Shown piece by piece: positions 27,778-37,103 of a stretch of 61,297 nt of DNA (position 1 is its first letter; every line of letters begins with the position of its first letter). A program made the position numbers and the translations under genes. This stretch comes from a virus (Duplodnaviria > Caudoviricetes): positions 1 through 61,297 of IMG/VR virus record IMGVR_UViG_3300017754_001058. One strand, 5' to 3'. The notes below the pieces were generated by a model. That model did no database searches. It was not told where the DNA came from and worked only from the letters and a program-made list of their open reading frames with translations.

Positions 27778-29339
27778 GATATATCCGTAGTGATTTGCCG
27801 ATAGAGGTCGATAATTTTCTCGTGGTTGGTGATGTTGTGCTGCAGCATGTGGTAGAGCTTAGCCTCTACGTCACTACCCCGAATGTGGACGACGGTCATG
27901 TTGTTCTTCTGCCCCGGACGGTTGATGCGGGCATTGGCTTGCAGGTAGGTCTCCACGCTCGTCACAGGTGCGTACCAGATAACAGTGTTAGCTGCCGTCA
28001 GCGTCAGCCCGTGCGATGCAGCCTGTGGCTGGATGATAAGCACATGCGGGTCCTTGCGGGTCTGGAACTCCTGCACGATCTCACTGCGCCGGTTCACCGG
28101 CACCTTGCCGTTAATCACGTCGCAAGAGATGCCTTCCTTCTCTAGCCTCTCACGCAATAGCTGGATGGTATGTGTGAAGGGCACGAAGACCAGCACCTTG
28201 TGGCTACTCTCCTCGATCACTTCCAGCACAGCCGTCAGGCGGTTGCTGACATCGAACTCGATCACCTCGCCAGTGTCCGAATAGACCGCACCACCGCTGA
28301 TCTGGAGCAGCTTGTTGATCTTGGTAGCCGCGTTGACCGCGCTGACCTCCTCACCCGCTGCCTCGAACAGCATCTCATCCTTAAGCATCTTGTAGTAGGA
28401 CATCTGCATCTTGGTGAGCGGGGCTTCGCGCTCCATGTAGGTGACATCAGGCAGGTCGAGGCAGTCCTTCTTCTCGAACCGGATGGCAGGCTGCAGCACC
28501 CTATGCACGATGCTCTCTGCCTGAGGCTTCGCTGCCCATTTGAACTGGGTGACCTTGTACATGACCTGATCCCGGAACGAGCCGTAGTACTTGGGGCAGT
28601 TGTCGGGATTGACCAGCTTGGCTAGGCCGTAGGCGTCCAAGGGTGATTGTGCTGCTGGCGTACCAGTAAGCATCCATAGGCGCGGCTTGGTGGCGTTGAC
28701 GATGCGGTTCAGCACCTTCCAACGGTTAGTCTGTGCGTTCTTGTAGGCGCTAGCCTCGTCTACCACGATCAGGTCGAAGCCACCGTTGAGGATAGCCTCT
28801 TCCACCACAGCCAGCCCATCGAAGTTCAAGATGACGAACTCGTTGCCAGCGTTGACGATCTTCTCACGCTGCTTAGACGTACCGTGCGCCACGCTGCACG
28901 AACGGTGCATGGCGAAGGTGAACAAGTCCTGCTGCCAAGCGGCCTTCATGATGGATAATGGGCAGAGGACAAGGACGCGCTTAATCTCGCCCAGCTTCAT
29001 CAGATAGTCCGCAGCCCAGATAACCGAAGCGGTCTTACCCGTACCCTGCTCGTTGAAGCAAAACGCCTTGTCGTTGAGGGTAAGGAAGGAGGCAGTCTCC
29101 TTCTGGTGATCGAACGGCTTATGCTTGCCCGTCCACTTGTACCGTCCCTTGATCGGTGAGGGTGGGTTGGCCACGCCAAGCCCCATAAGTGCCTTGGTCT
29201 CCTTGAGACCCCACTTCACTGCTACTTCGTACGTATCCCCATCCCGCTTATATACCGCGCTCTTCTTGATGTTGTCGGTTATGATTTTGGGTTCGGTCGT
29301 TTTGACGAGTAGCACCTTATCGTCAACACTTTGCATCAC
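27774..29339 (-). CDS. SNF2-family (SF2) helicase
   Basis: EQGTGKT, VVDEAS, LTGTP, HGLTLTAA, QANARINRPGQ. Confidence 0.92.
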   Translation of the reverse strand: MMQSVDDKVLLVKTTEPKIITDNIKKSAVYKRDGDTYEVAVKWGLKETKALMGLGVANPPSPIKGRYKWTGKHKPFDHQKETASFLTLNDKAFCFNEQGTGKTASVIWAADYLMKLGEIKRVLVLCPLSIMKAAWQQDLFTFAMHRSCSVAHGTSKQREKIVNAGNEFVILNFDGLAVVEEAILNGGFDLIVVDEASAYKNAQTNRWKVLNRIVNATKPRLWMLTGTPAAQSPLDAYGLAKLVNPDNCPKYYGSFRDQVMYKVTQFKWAAKPQAESIVHRVLQPAIRFEKKDCLDLPDVTYMEREAPLTKMQMSYYKMLKDEMLFEAAGEEVSAVNAATKINKLLQISGGAVYSDTGEVIEFDVSNRLTAVLEVIEESSHKVLVFVPFTHTIQLLRERLEKEGISCDVINGKVPVNRRSEIVQEFQTRKDPHVLIIQPQAASHGLTLTAANTVIWYAPVTSVETYLQANARINRPGQKNNMTVVHIRGSDVEAKLYHMLQHNITNHEKIIDLYRQITTDIS

Positions 29340-29629
29340 TTTTTCCGTTCTCGTTTGCTGATTTCTGACACCAGATTGTGGTTGCTGTCCCGCTTGAAGG
29401 AGCGATTAGCCGACGCGCTCTCGACGCGCACACCGTGCTTGTTACTACCACCCTTATCGAAGGCTACCTTGTGGGCGACATCCTTGCCGTCACCCTTGCT
29501 GACCTTGCCTTCCTTCATCAGTTTCCGGCGCGCGGCGTTGCGCGCAGCGCGGTTTTTCTTCTGCTCGGGGCTAGCTTGGTACTTGGCAGCGTTCTCGTAC
29601 TTGCGGTCGGCCTTGTTCTTGTAAGGCAT
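29336..29629 (-). CDS. HNH-like endonuclease
   Basis: GDGKDVAHK...GGSN...SANRS with a basic N-terminus. Confidence 0.7.
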   Translation of the reverse strand: MPYKNKADRKYENAAKYQASPEQKKNRAARNAARRKLMKEGKVSKGDGKDVAHKVAFDKGGSNKHGVRVESASANRSFKRDSNHNLVSEISKRERKK

Positions 29630-29631
29630 CG

Positions 29632-30300
29632 TTACCTCCTCGGGCGGTGATGCTCACACTTTACCACAGGGCACCACCCACACAAAGGGCCAGACTTGGG
29701 GTTCCAGACGCCGTTCTCAATGGCGGCCTCAAGCCGATCTAGCTGTTCGTTGAATACCGATAGGTACTGTGTCTTCTCCGTTATCAGGTGAGTCTTTCTG
29801 GGAAACTCGTTGCTAACCACGTAGGCCAAACCGGACTTGATCTTCTTCACCTCGGGGAAGTGTACGAAGATGGCACCCGCCATCAGGTCAAGCTGCTTCA
29901 TGTCCGCATACTTAGCGTTCTTGCCTGTTTTGTAGTCGATCATGTGAGCGATCTCGCCGTTCACGATCAGCAAATCTACGATCCCACGCCACCACACGTC
30001 CTTGGCGAAGAAACCGCAAGGCTCGTAGCCTTTGTCCGTAATGCGCACACCCAGCTTCAACTCGGTGTGCTTCTCACCCGGAAAGTTAGCCAGCACTTCC
30101 ACTACGCTAGCATACTGTTTGAACTTAGGCGGGATGGGTGTGCCATCCTTGATGAACAACTCGGCGGCTGAGTGGAAGTCGGTCCCGTACTGCGCAGCTT
30201 CCCCCGGCTCGTCCTTAACGTCCTTGACCACCTTCAGGTGGAAGTACTTCTTCGGACATTGCTCAAAGGTCTTTATGCTACTGTAGGACCAAGCGGTCAT
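29632..30300 (-). CDS. PD-(D/E)XK exonuclease (Cas4/RecB-like)
   Basis: WSYSS...CP, GTDFH, GIVDL, IDYKTGK, QL, C-terminal CGWCP..C. Confidence 0.88.
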   Translation of the reverse strand: MTAWSYSSIKTFEQCPKKYFHLKVVKDVKDEPGEAAQYGTDFHSAAELFIKDGTPIPPKFKQYASVVEVLANFPGEKHTELKLGVRITDKGYEPCGFFAKDVWWRGIVDLLIVNGEIAHMIDYKTGKNAKYADMKQLDLMAGAIFVHFPEVKKIKSGLAYVVSNEFPRKTHLITEKTQYLSVFNEQLDRLEAAIENGVWNPKSGPLCGWCPVVKCEHHRPRR

Positions 30301-30509
30301 AATGCTTCCTTTATCTGCCGTGCTGTGTTGCGCACTTGGGCTATGGTGTTGAGCAGAGAGCGGCGTTCTCCCTCCTGCCTCCTACCGCGAGGGTATATAC
30401 CCACAAGGCGTCCAGCCAGCTTCACCTTATTGTGTTTCGTGCCCTCTTCAACCCCCCAAGGGAGGCCCGTCTTATCTAGGGCCTCCCGCAATTCCGCTGG
30501 CAGTCTCAT
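30297..30509 (-). CDS. Small hypothetical protein, possible HicA-like fold
   Basis: Coupled ORF; W.VEEGTKHNKV...R..LN..AQVR pattern. Confidence 0.55.
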   Translation of the reverse strand: MRLPAELREALDKTGLPWGVEEGTKHNKVKLAGRLVGIYPRGRRQEGERRSLLNTIAQVRNTARQIKEAL

Positions 30510-30766
30510 TGGGATTGCTCGACTAGCCGCTTACCGAAAAACTCCACCTTTTCGGCTTCGTACAACAAGGTTGACCCCGGCTTACCTCCCCCCTGCCGTA
30601 GCGCAGCGCGCCGCCAGATAGCTTTGAAGGCGTTCCCCTCGGCGTAGTTCATATCCAACGCCTCGATGATGTCGTTACACTCGGCGGTATAGGCGTCTCC
30701 ACCGCTAGTCGGGCGCTCGACGCGCATCTTGTAGTAGTCGCTACTACCTCCGGTCAGTTTGGTCAT
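30506..30766 (-). CDS. DUF3310-like protein (T7 gp1.7-related)
   Basis: ECNDIIEAL.MNYAEGNAFKAIWR motif. Confidence 0.65.
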   Translation of the reverse strand: MTKLTGGSSDYYKMRVERPTSGGDAYTAECNDIIEALDMNYAEGNAFKAIWRRAALRQGGGKPGSTLLYEAEKVEFFGKRLVEQSQ

Positions 30767-31548
30767 TTCAGGTTGCCACCGCTCTTGAGGATGTCCCCGT
30801 CATACGTATACGTGCCGGTGTGGCTCAGGTGGATAAAGGGGTTGGCATGAACTTCGCCGCCGTGCTTCCGCCACAGCTCACAGAAGTGGTAGTCCTCCGA
30901 CAGAAGGGCCCCGCTCTTGTCGATACTGGTAGCGAAATACTCATGGGTGAGGGGCTTAACGTACTCACCCGTATCTGGGTCTCGGAAAGATGACACTCGG
31001 TAGGTCGGCACATGCGGTGCAAGATGCTCGAACACCCCCCGCTTGATGAGCATGAAGCCGGTGCCACCATGGCGGACCTCGATACAGCCACTCTCGTCAG
31101 TGTGCGCGTCCGCGCTACCAACCATGTTGAACACGAAGGCCCCAGCGTGATGCTCCAGTTCATCCATCTTGCCTGCGCTTGCAGCGCGCTTGACGCTATC
31201 CCAGTTCACTTCCTTCTTGGGGTAGATGCCGCAAGCGATGTCCTTATCGGTGGCCATAAGCTGTGCCACTGCATCCCCAGAGAAGCCGATATCGGCGTCG
31301 ATGAACATCAGGTAGTCGTGGCCGCTCTCAATGAAGATACGCGCCAGCTCGTTACGGGCGCGAGTGATAAGGCTCTCGTTGGTGATCTGACACCAAACCA
31401 CATGCACACCCAGTTCACGCATCTTGGCGACCGTGAAGAGTAGCCCCTGCACATACGCACCTGTACACATACCACCGTACATGGGGGTAGCGATCATCAG
31501 GCTCGGGCGCTTGGTCTCGACCGGTTTCACTTTGATTTCGTCACTCAC
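30763..31548 (-). CDS. GT-A fold glycosyltransferase-like protein
   Basis: IATPMYGG, ESLITRARN, LMFIDADI (DxD), GTGFMLIKR, SEDYHFC, LSHTG. Confidence 0.8.
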   Translation of the reverse strand: MSDEIKVKPVETKRPSLMIATPMYGGMCTGAYVQGLLFTVAKMRELGVHVVWCQITNESLITRARNELARIFIESGHDYLMFIDADIGFSGDAVAQLMATDKDIACGIYPKKEVNWDSVKRAASAGKMDELEHHAGAFVFNMVGSADAHTDESGCIEVRHGGTGFMLIKRGVFEHLAPHVPTYRVSSFRDPDTGEYVKPLTHEYFATSIDKSGALLSEDYHFCELWRKHGGEVHANPFIHLSHTGTYTYDGDILKSGGNLK

Positions 31549-31733
31549 TTACCTTGCTCCCTCTTCTTAAAGTCGTAGATTTGCCGCTGTGCCGACGCGA
31601 TGGTCACGTCGAACGCCTTAGCGATGTCCTCGAACTTGATACCTGCTACGTACATATCCCAGACCGTTTGCCGTTTCTCAGGCGTCCAGAAACCCTCCGG
31701 TTTAGCCTTGTGTCTGACGATGTGTCGGGTCAC
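31545..31733 (-). CDS. Small HTH protein
   Basis: WTPE...GIKFEDIAKAFDVT. Confidence 0.65.
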   Translation of the reverse strand: MTRHIVRHKAKPEGFWTPEKRQTVWDMYVAGIKFEDIAKAFDVTIASAQRQIYDFKKREQGK

Positions 31734-32311
31734 TTTTTCCTCACTACGAGTTGGTACCCAACATGGATGATCGTCGCCGTTTCACCGAAAATGTTGGTGA
31801 AGGCGTCGATTGCGATCTTGGGGCGGCGCAGCGCATCGCGAGGGTTACCCCACATATAATCGTCGAACACCATCAGCCCCCCTTGCTTCAACAGCGGCCA
31901 CGCCATGCAGGCGTCGGTCAGCACGTCAGGCGCTTGGTGACTCCCGTCGATGTAGATGAAGTCATACTTTTCCTCGGCTGCGATACACGCCGCCAACTCA
32001 TCAACCGACTTGCCCTGTCGGACAGATAGGCCACAGGCTTTCTTGCTCTGGAGAAGCTGCATATTGTGGGTGAACCGCTCTTCCACGGTTCCCATATCTT
32101 CGTTCCCGTGTTCTTCGCCGCCTTCCCAAGTGTCGATGCAGGTGATGTTGCCACCCCCTTCCATCATGTTCTCGACGATCCAGACAGTGCTGCGACCTTC
32201 GAACGAACCAATCTCAAGGAACGACTTCCGTTCCGGCAACAGCGGGATAAGCTGGTTCCAGACCTCCGGTGCCCATGCGAACCAGTCTTTAGTGAATTGA
32301 TATTCGGTCAT
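31730..32311 (-). CDS. Class I SAM-dependent methyltransferase (Methyltransf_24-like)
   Basis: LEIGSFEGRS, CIDTW, DFIYIDGSH, LKQGGLMVFDDY. Confidence 0.9.
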   Translation of the reverse strand: MTEYQFTKDWFAWAPEVWNQLIPLLPERKSFLEIGSFEGRSTVWIVENMMEGGGNITCIDTWEGGEEHGNEDMGTVEERFTHNMQLLQSKKACGLSVRQGKSVDELAACIAAEEKYDFIYIDGSHQAPDVLTDACMAWPLLKQGGLMVFDDYMWGNPRDALRRPKIAIDAFTNIFGETATIIHVGYQLVVRKK

Positions 32312-32784
32312 TTCTTGATTCCCAGTGGTTGGTTAAGTTGGTTGAGCAAATCTGGCGGGTAGCCGGTCATCATCGGTTGCTGCTGAGCGTAGACATCTTG
32401 TAGTTGTTGGTTCAGCATCTTCTGTGCGTCCCTCTGCATATCGCTCACCTTCTGGATTCCGGTCCCCTGCGCTGTCAGTGGGTACGCCTTCCCTTTCCCT
32501 GCGCTCAATTGCTGAAGGGTTTTCAACTGTTCTTCCCGCTGACGTTCTTCTTCTGCGCGGCGCTCAGGGCCGGTAAGCAGTTCATCCATTACCCACTCAT
32601 GGATTTCGCCTAGACGGATGTCCCGCATTGCTGCGTTGAGCGCTGTCTTTTCGGCCTCATTCCCATATTCAAGTATACCCTCTACAAAGCCTCCCCAGCG
32701 GTTTGTGCCACGCGTAAACTCTTCAGGGTGACTCTCCATCCGCTTGAGTAGCAGTCGGGTGACTGCGTGTAGTTCATCCGCCAT
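32308..32784 (-). CDS. Hypothetical protein
   Basis: 158-aa coupled ORF; LLLKRMESHPEEF. Confidence 0.7.
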   Translation of the reverse strand: MADELHAVTRLLLKRMESHPEEFTRGTNRWGGFVEGILEYGNEAEKTALNAAMRDIRLGEIHEWVMDELLTGPERRAEEERQREEQLKTLQQLSAGKGKAYPLTAQGTGIQKVSDMQRDAQKMLNQQLQDVYAQQQPMMTGYPPDLLNQLNQPLGIKK

Positions 32785-33088
32785 TGCGTGCTTCCTTTTT
32801 TATCTCTCGGTCTCGTTTAGCCACGATTTGCCGTACACGCTCTTTAGTTATGCCGTACCTATCGCCTATCGCTTGTAGCGTAGCGCCTTCTTCTTTGCGC
32901 TCACGCCATATAGCTTTACGGCGACTAGCACCGTCGTTCCCAAACTCTTTCCATACTGCTGCCCTTCTTGCGCTACGCGCTTCGTCATCGGCGCACTGTT
33001 TCTGGTATCGCTCTTCCGCCTCCGATAATCTTTGGCTCCACTCTTCATCAGATATGGGGCTAGACCACCAGTCTGGGTCACCCGCCAT
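32774..33088 (-). CDS. Protein with a sigma70 region-4-like HTH
   Basis: GATLQAIGDRYGITKERVRQI resembles the RpoD region 4.2 pattern TLEEVG..F.VTRERIRQI; AAGGAGCAA RBS. Confidence 0.75.
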   Translation of the reverse strand: MAGDPDWWSSPISDEEWSQRLSEAEERYQKQCADDEARSARRAAVWKEFGNDGASRRKAIWRERKEEGATLQAIGDRYGITKERVRQIVAKRDREIKKEARNGG

Positions 33089-33614
33089 TGCTTGCTCCTT
33101 CTATGCTCTGTAACTCTCGGCTCTCCAGCCAATCTATTAACTGCCAGCCAGTGATATATCTGTTCAACCGCCCAGCCTTTGGACTTGGTATAAGCACGAC
33201 TGCCAAGTTACCCGCTTCGATTTCGCGGTTTAGTATCGCTGTCGAAAGACCCAGCGCAGCGGCTGCGTCGGTAGGCTTATAGAGCATCGCGTAGTGCTGC
33301 ACTCGACGTGTCAACGTAGTACGGGCTTCCTCGGCGCGATCTTCTGTTACCTTGGCTAGCCTAGACTCCTTCTTGGGTTTGCGTAGATGGATGTTATATC
33401 TAGGACCTTCAGTCTGGACTGCCGTAACTTCAGCTACCATCGCCTCCCTACGGTTAGGGAAGTACTCGATAGTGATATTAGCAATCTGGTCAGTCCATCC
33501 AGAAACTGCACTATGCTGCTTGGTGCGGATTAGGGGGCGGAAGCTGATACCTACGTAGAGCAACGCGCCATCAGCATCAAAGTGCCGGTACAGAGCGCAC
33601 TTTCTATCCGCCAT
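33078..33614 (-). CDS. GIY-YIG-like nuclease with a C-terminal HTH
   Basis: LYRHFD..G.LLYVGIS...R..QH...AE..AV..E.P.YN; C-terminal DAAAALGLS...IEAGNL. Confidence 0.7.
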   Translation of the reverse strand: MADRKCALYRHFDADGALLYVGISFRPLIRTKQHSAVSGWTDQIANITIEYFPNRREAMVAEVTAVQTEGPRYNIHLRKPKKESRLAKVTEDRAEEARTTLTRRVQHYAMLYKPTDAAAALGLSTAILNREIEAGNLAVVLIPSPKAGRLNRYITGWQLIDWLESRELQSIEGASNGG

Positions 33615-35421
33615 AGCTCTTCCCCATCTTGCTCTCACAGTTAAGTGGCAGGCCCTCGGCCCACTTTGGTTTGATCCTCATGCACTCCTCGACAAAGGCG
33701 CGGCCCTCCGCTGCATCTGCATCTGGTACGATAGACCCAACAGCGTCATGCACGGTCATAGCGACCTTCTGGCGGCGAGAAATCATCAGCATCTGCTCAC
33801 CGATAATGATGCGGGCCAGTGCCTGACAGACGTTCTCGATCAGCTTCCCGCCGTAGAGACGGTTAGGGATAACCGCTCGGCCCTTCTTCTGGTCGTAGAC
33901 GAACTCACGCCGACCTTTGTCACCCGTCACTGCTCGCAGGTTAGGGTACTTTAGGTATAGCCCGTTAGGGAGACGGATACCGAAGGCGTTGACCAAGACC
34001 ACACCCTCCTTACCCAACGGCGAAGTCGTGCCGCTAAGTAGGGCGGCGATGGCATCTTGCCCCTCCTGCCATAGGCCAGTGATCTTGGGGTAGGTATCAC
34101 GGTACACGTTGATGATGAACTCGCAGGTGGGTGGGCTAAGGTCCACGCCGAAGGTCTTAAGCTGCGCTTGGAACTTCTTGGCACCCATGCCGTAACCCGC
34201 GCCAAGGATGGTAGTTTTACCCACAAAACGCTCGGCGTCCGTCACATCCTCAATCGACTTACTGTAGATGCGCGAAGCCATGATCTTATAAACGTCCTCA
34301 CCGTTAGTGAAGGCATCCACTAGGTCATCCTGCCCAGCCAGCCACGCCAAGGTGCGCGCTTCGATCTGACTACTGTCGCAGTCGATGAAGGTATAACCCT
34401 CAGGTGCCTTGATGGCCTTCTTGAGTGGCGACTTGCGCGGCAGGTTCTGCATGTTCACCTTGTCGTCACCACCCCAGCGGCCTGTATGGGCAGCGTAGTA
34501 GCGCAAGGGGATCGGCAGTGTGCCACGGTCAGCGATGTTGATGAACCGCTCGGTGCGTGTCTCTTCGAGGGTAGACTTTACCCCTAGCCGCGCAGCGACA
34601 ATGGCTTGCACCATCGGGTTGTCATGATCCAGCAGTTCCTTGAACGCCTCGTCACTCTTGGCGAAGGCGTAGGTCTCCTTACCCGTCGTAAGGCTAACCT
34701 TCATCGGCACGTCCACCCCATGAAACTCAAGCAGCGAAGCCAGCTTGGGGTTACTCATCAGGTCGGCCTTCTCGTAGTTGAGCTTACTCATAAGCTCCGC
34801 TTTGGCGGCCTGTACGCGGATGATGTGGTCGTTGAGGATGTCCTTATCCAACCGCAGCACAGGCTCACTGAACATGCGGATCGTCAGGTCCACCAGCCGC
34901 TGCTCTAGCATAGGGAACTTAGGTGCCATGCACTCGAACAGCTTGAGCGTCAGGTCGCAGTCGTTGCTGCAGTAGTCCCCATACACCGCTAGCTCTCCGG
35001 GCGTGAAGTCGATGCGCCGTTTGCCCAGCGCGTTAAGCACCTCGGTGCCTTTCTCGCCCACGCCATAGAACTCGGCCAGCGCCTTGAGGCTAACCCCCGT
35101 CTCGTTGCCATGTAGCGCACGAGCCATAGACAGCGTGTCAGCGATGCGCTTCGGGCGGATGTCGAAGTGCCAGTTGAGGATAGCCATGTCGAACAAGGCG
35201 TTGTGAGCCAGCGCGATGGCGTTGTCCCAGTCGAACTGGTCGAGCCACTTCTTCGTAGCCGCCTTAGTCCCACTGAACCACTGCGCGTCGCCGGTACCGA
35301 CCTTTACGGATACGCCGATAACCTCAAAACGAGGATCGCGGATATACTCCTCCGTTGTTATCTTGGAGAGGCTATACGCAGGGTCGTAGTAGGTTTCGAA
35401 GTCGATGGTGATTAACTGCAT
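33604..35421 (-). CDS. DNA polymerase family A with a 3'-5' exonuclease domain
   Basis: IDFET, AHNALFD, YC.ND (exonuclease); HTGRW, NMQNLP, DSSQIEAR, RFVGKTTILGAGYG, TVHD (polymerase). Confidence 0.95.
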   Translation of the reverse strand: MQLITIDFETYYDPAYSLSKITTEEYIRDPRFEVIGVSVKVGTGDAQWFSGTKAATKKWLDQFDWDNAIALAHNALFDMAILNWHFDIRPKRIADTLSMARALHGNETGVSLKALAEFYGVGEKGTEVLNALGKRRIDFTPGELAVYGDYCSNDCDLTLKLFECMAPKFPMLEQRLVDLTIRMFSEPVLRLDKDILNDHIIRVQAAKAELMSKLNYEKADLMSNPKLASLLEFHGVDVPMKVSLTTGKETYAFAKSDEAFKELLDHDNPMVQAIVAARLGVKSTLEETRTERFINIADRGTLPIPLRYYAAHTGRWGGDDKVNMQNLPRKSPLKKAIKAPEGYTFIDCDSSQIEARTLAWLAGQDDLVDAFTNGEDVYKIMASRIYSKSIEDVTDAERFVGKTTILGAGYGMGAKKFQAQLKTFGVDLSPPTCEFIINVYRDTYPKITGLWQEGQDAIAALLSGTTSPLGKEGVVLVNAFGIRLPNGLYLKYPNLRAVTGDKGRREFVYDQKKGRAVIPNRLYGGKLIENVCQALARIIIGEQMLMISRRQKVAMTVHDAVGSIVPDADAAEGRAFVEECMRIKPKWAEGLPLNCESKMGKSYGG

Positions 35422-35714
35422 TTTGGTGGTTCCAGTTTAGCCAGTGTGCGCCGCATGGTGGCGTAAGCCCCCAGTTCATCGACAGCTTCAACTCGGTGGA
35501 TGTCGTAGGTTCCGTGCCGCGAGACCTTTACGCCCGTCACGGACCACGGCTCTACCTTAACGATTTCGAAGGGGTGGTCAGGGTCTGTTCCGGTGAGTGC
35601 TACATGCACAGCCCATGTCTCCCTAAGCTCCCTTTCCAACCCCTCTATTGTGTCGATGATCTGCTGCGCGGTGAGCGGTTCTGAATACTTCTTCGATGAC
35701 AGTTCTCCGGTCAT
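35412..35714 (-). CDS. Hypothetical protein (AxDELxA motif)
   Basis: Coupled ORF; RVEAVDELGAY. Confidence 0.65.
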   Translation of the reverse strand: MTGELSSKKYSEPLTAQQIIDTIEGLERELRETWAVHVALTGTDPDHPFEIVKVEPWSVTGVKVSRHGTYDIHRVEAVDELGAYATMRRTLAKLEPPKCS

Positions 35715-35965
35715 TGCTTGTCCTCGGCTACCACCTCGACGGTGATCTTGCAGGTGAACCCGTCGCTGAACTTGACCGACCGCTCGACCATTTTGGTTTC
35801 ACCGCCTGCGGCTAGGTCAGCACAGAGGCAGAGCAGCACATCTTTGGTCACATCTTTGACAGCCTTGATCGGATGCAGATGCTTCTCATGCGTCAGCCAT
35901 ATGGTGCCGTCTTCGCTCTTGGCACGTATGTGGAAGTGCTTGGGATTGAGAATTACTTTTGTCAT
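35711..35965 (-). CDS. Hypothetical protein
   Basis: GGAGG RBS; ATGA coupling at both ends. Confidence 0.65.
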   Translation of the reverse strand: MTKVILNPKHFHIRAKSEDGTIWLTHEKHLHPIKAVKDVTKDVLLCLCADLAAGGETKMVERSVKFSDGFTCKITVEVVAEDKQ

Positions 35966-36159
35966 GGCTGTGCCTCCTGTGCGCGATCACTCACCATAAT
36001 GGTGCCGGTCTTTGGGTAGCCTGACCGGCGAAGGCTTAGAAAGCGCAAGGAGTCACTCGCGCGCACCCGGCATAGGCTTCTCATCCAACGCCGAGAAGAT
36101 TCTACGCCATACGCCTGCTTCTCCGCAAGGCTTTGTGAGGTGATCCGGTTATTGGTCAT
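35962..36159 (-). CDS. Hypothetical protein
   Basis: ATGA coupling; start reassigned to ATG 36159. Confidence 0.5.
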   Translation of the reverse strand: MTNNRITSQSLAEKQAYGVESSRRWMRSLCRVRASDSLRFLSLRRSGYPKTGTIMVSDRAQEAQP

Positions 36160-36383
36160 TTCACACCTGCCTTGGCATATTCCAGCGCACCCAGTAGCCG
36201 CCAACGGTCTTGGAAATTGCCATAGCTCTCAAAGCCGCGCGCTTCCCGGTCGTTGAATACCACTACGATATCGAGGATTTCGTTCCGCTCCATGCGATCT
36301 GCCAAATCACGCAAGTACGCAGCGGCCTCCTTGTTCAACTCAACCCGCTCAGGGTCAACGGCGTTGATGATCTTCATGGTCAT
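36156..36383 (-). CDS. Hypothetical protein
   Basis: ATGA coupling; C-terminal LLGALEYAK. Confidence 0.65.
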   Translation of the reverse strand: MTMKIINAVDPERVELNKEAAAYLRDLADRMERNEILDIVVVFNDREARGFESYGNFQDRWRLLGALEYAKAGVK

Positions 36384-36457
36384 TTACCTGTCACCAGTAT
36401 GTAGATTGTTACCACGATCAGTGTGACCACCGTCCAGAAAAGAAGCGGGTCGGTCAT
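36380..36457 (-). CDS. 25-aa single-TM peptide (not in the ORF track)
   Basis: MTDPLLFWTVVTLIVVTIYILVTGK; AAGGAG RBS; ATGA overlaps on both sides. Confidence 0.6.
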   Translation of the reverse strand: MTDPLLFWTVVTLIVVTIYILVTGK

Positions 36458-36621
36458 CGCCCCTGCTCCTTCGGGTTACGCTGGGTGTCTGCGCCTTTTG
36501 CCTGCCAGAGGTGTCCTCTGGCCTTGTCGCTCATGTAGATGCGCTCGGTCTTCCCATCGGGAAAGAGACGCCAGAACCTACGGTTGTGGATGATTACCTT
36601 TGAGTTGTCGGGCTTGCTCAT
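36454..36621 (-). CDS. Small hypothetical protein (not in the ORF track)
   Basis: MSKPDNSKVIIHNRRFWRLFPDGKTERIY...; stop overlaps the next start. Confidence 0.55.
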   Translation of the reverse strand: MSKPDNSKVIIHNRRFWRLFPDGKTERIYMSDKARGHLWQAKGADTQRNPKEQGR

Positions 36622-36721
36622 ATCTGTGTTCTACTTCCCATACGGCGGCGTCGATGACGGCCATCCAACCAAGGACAACGGCGGTGGCTATAATTACGCA
36701 CCAAGCCACCGCCCTCGCCAT
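36578..36721 (-). CDS. Small TM peptide (not in the ORF track)
   Basis: [24 protein letters not shown]...; TGATG coupling and GAGGA RBS. Confidence 0.5.
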   Translation of the reverse strand: MARAVAWCVIIATAVVLGWMAVIDAAVWEVEHRYEQARQLKGNHPQP

Positions 36722-37101
36722 CACTCGTTTTCCTCTAAAGGTATCGTGCTGGGCATCAGATTGGCGATACGCTGCAATTCCAGCACAGCTTCAGCGTAAA
36801 CTACCTTGGCGGTGCGGATGCGCGCCATTGCATGGGTCAGCTCCTCTTCAACGCTAAGGGAAGGCGTCTTGCGCAACTCAAGTCCAAACAAATCCAACAA
36901 CTCCTTCACTTCATGCAGGCTTTTGCGCCCGAAATTAGGGATGCGAAGGAGTTCAGATTCCGACTTAGCTACAAGGTCACGAAGGGTGTGGATGTTCTCG
37001 TTGAAAAAGCAGTTGATCGGGCGCACGGAGAACTCTAGCTCATCCACCCCAACGTCCAACGGGTTACGATCACCTAGCATGGTTTTAATCCACGGGGTCA
37101 T
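36721..37101 (-). CDS. Stand-alone RNA polymerase alpha subunit C-terminal domain homologue
   Basis: [14 protein letters not shown]...[26 protein letters not shown]...GL.L aligns by eye with the RpoA CTD; AAAGGAG RBS before ATG 37101. Confidence 0.9.
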   Translation of the reverse strand: MTPWIKTMLGDRNPLDVGVDELEFSVRPINCFFNENIHTLRDLVAKSESELLRIPNFGRKSLHEVKELLDLFGLELRKTPSLSVEEELTHAMARIRTAKVVYAEAVLELQRIANLMPSTIPLEENE

Positions 37102-37103
37102 TA

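Noticed and set aside
29632-30300. Cas4 as evidence of a CRISPR-Cas system
   Set aside because: Solo Cas4-like PD-(D/E)XK nucleases are common in phage replication modules; no other cas genes or array.
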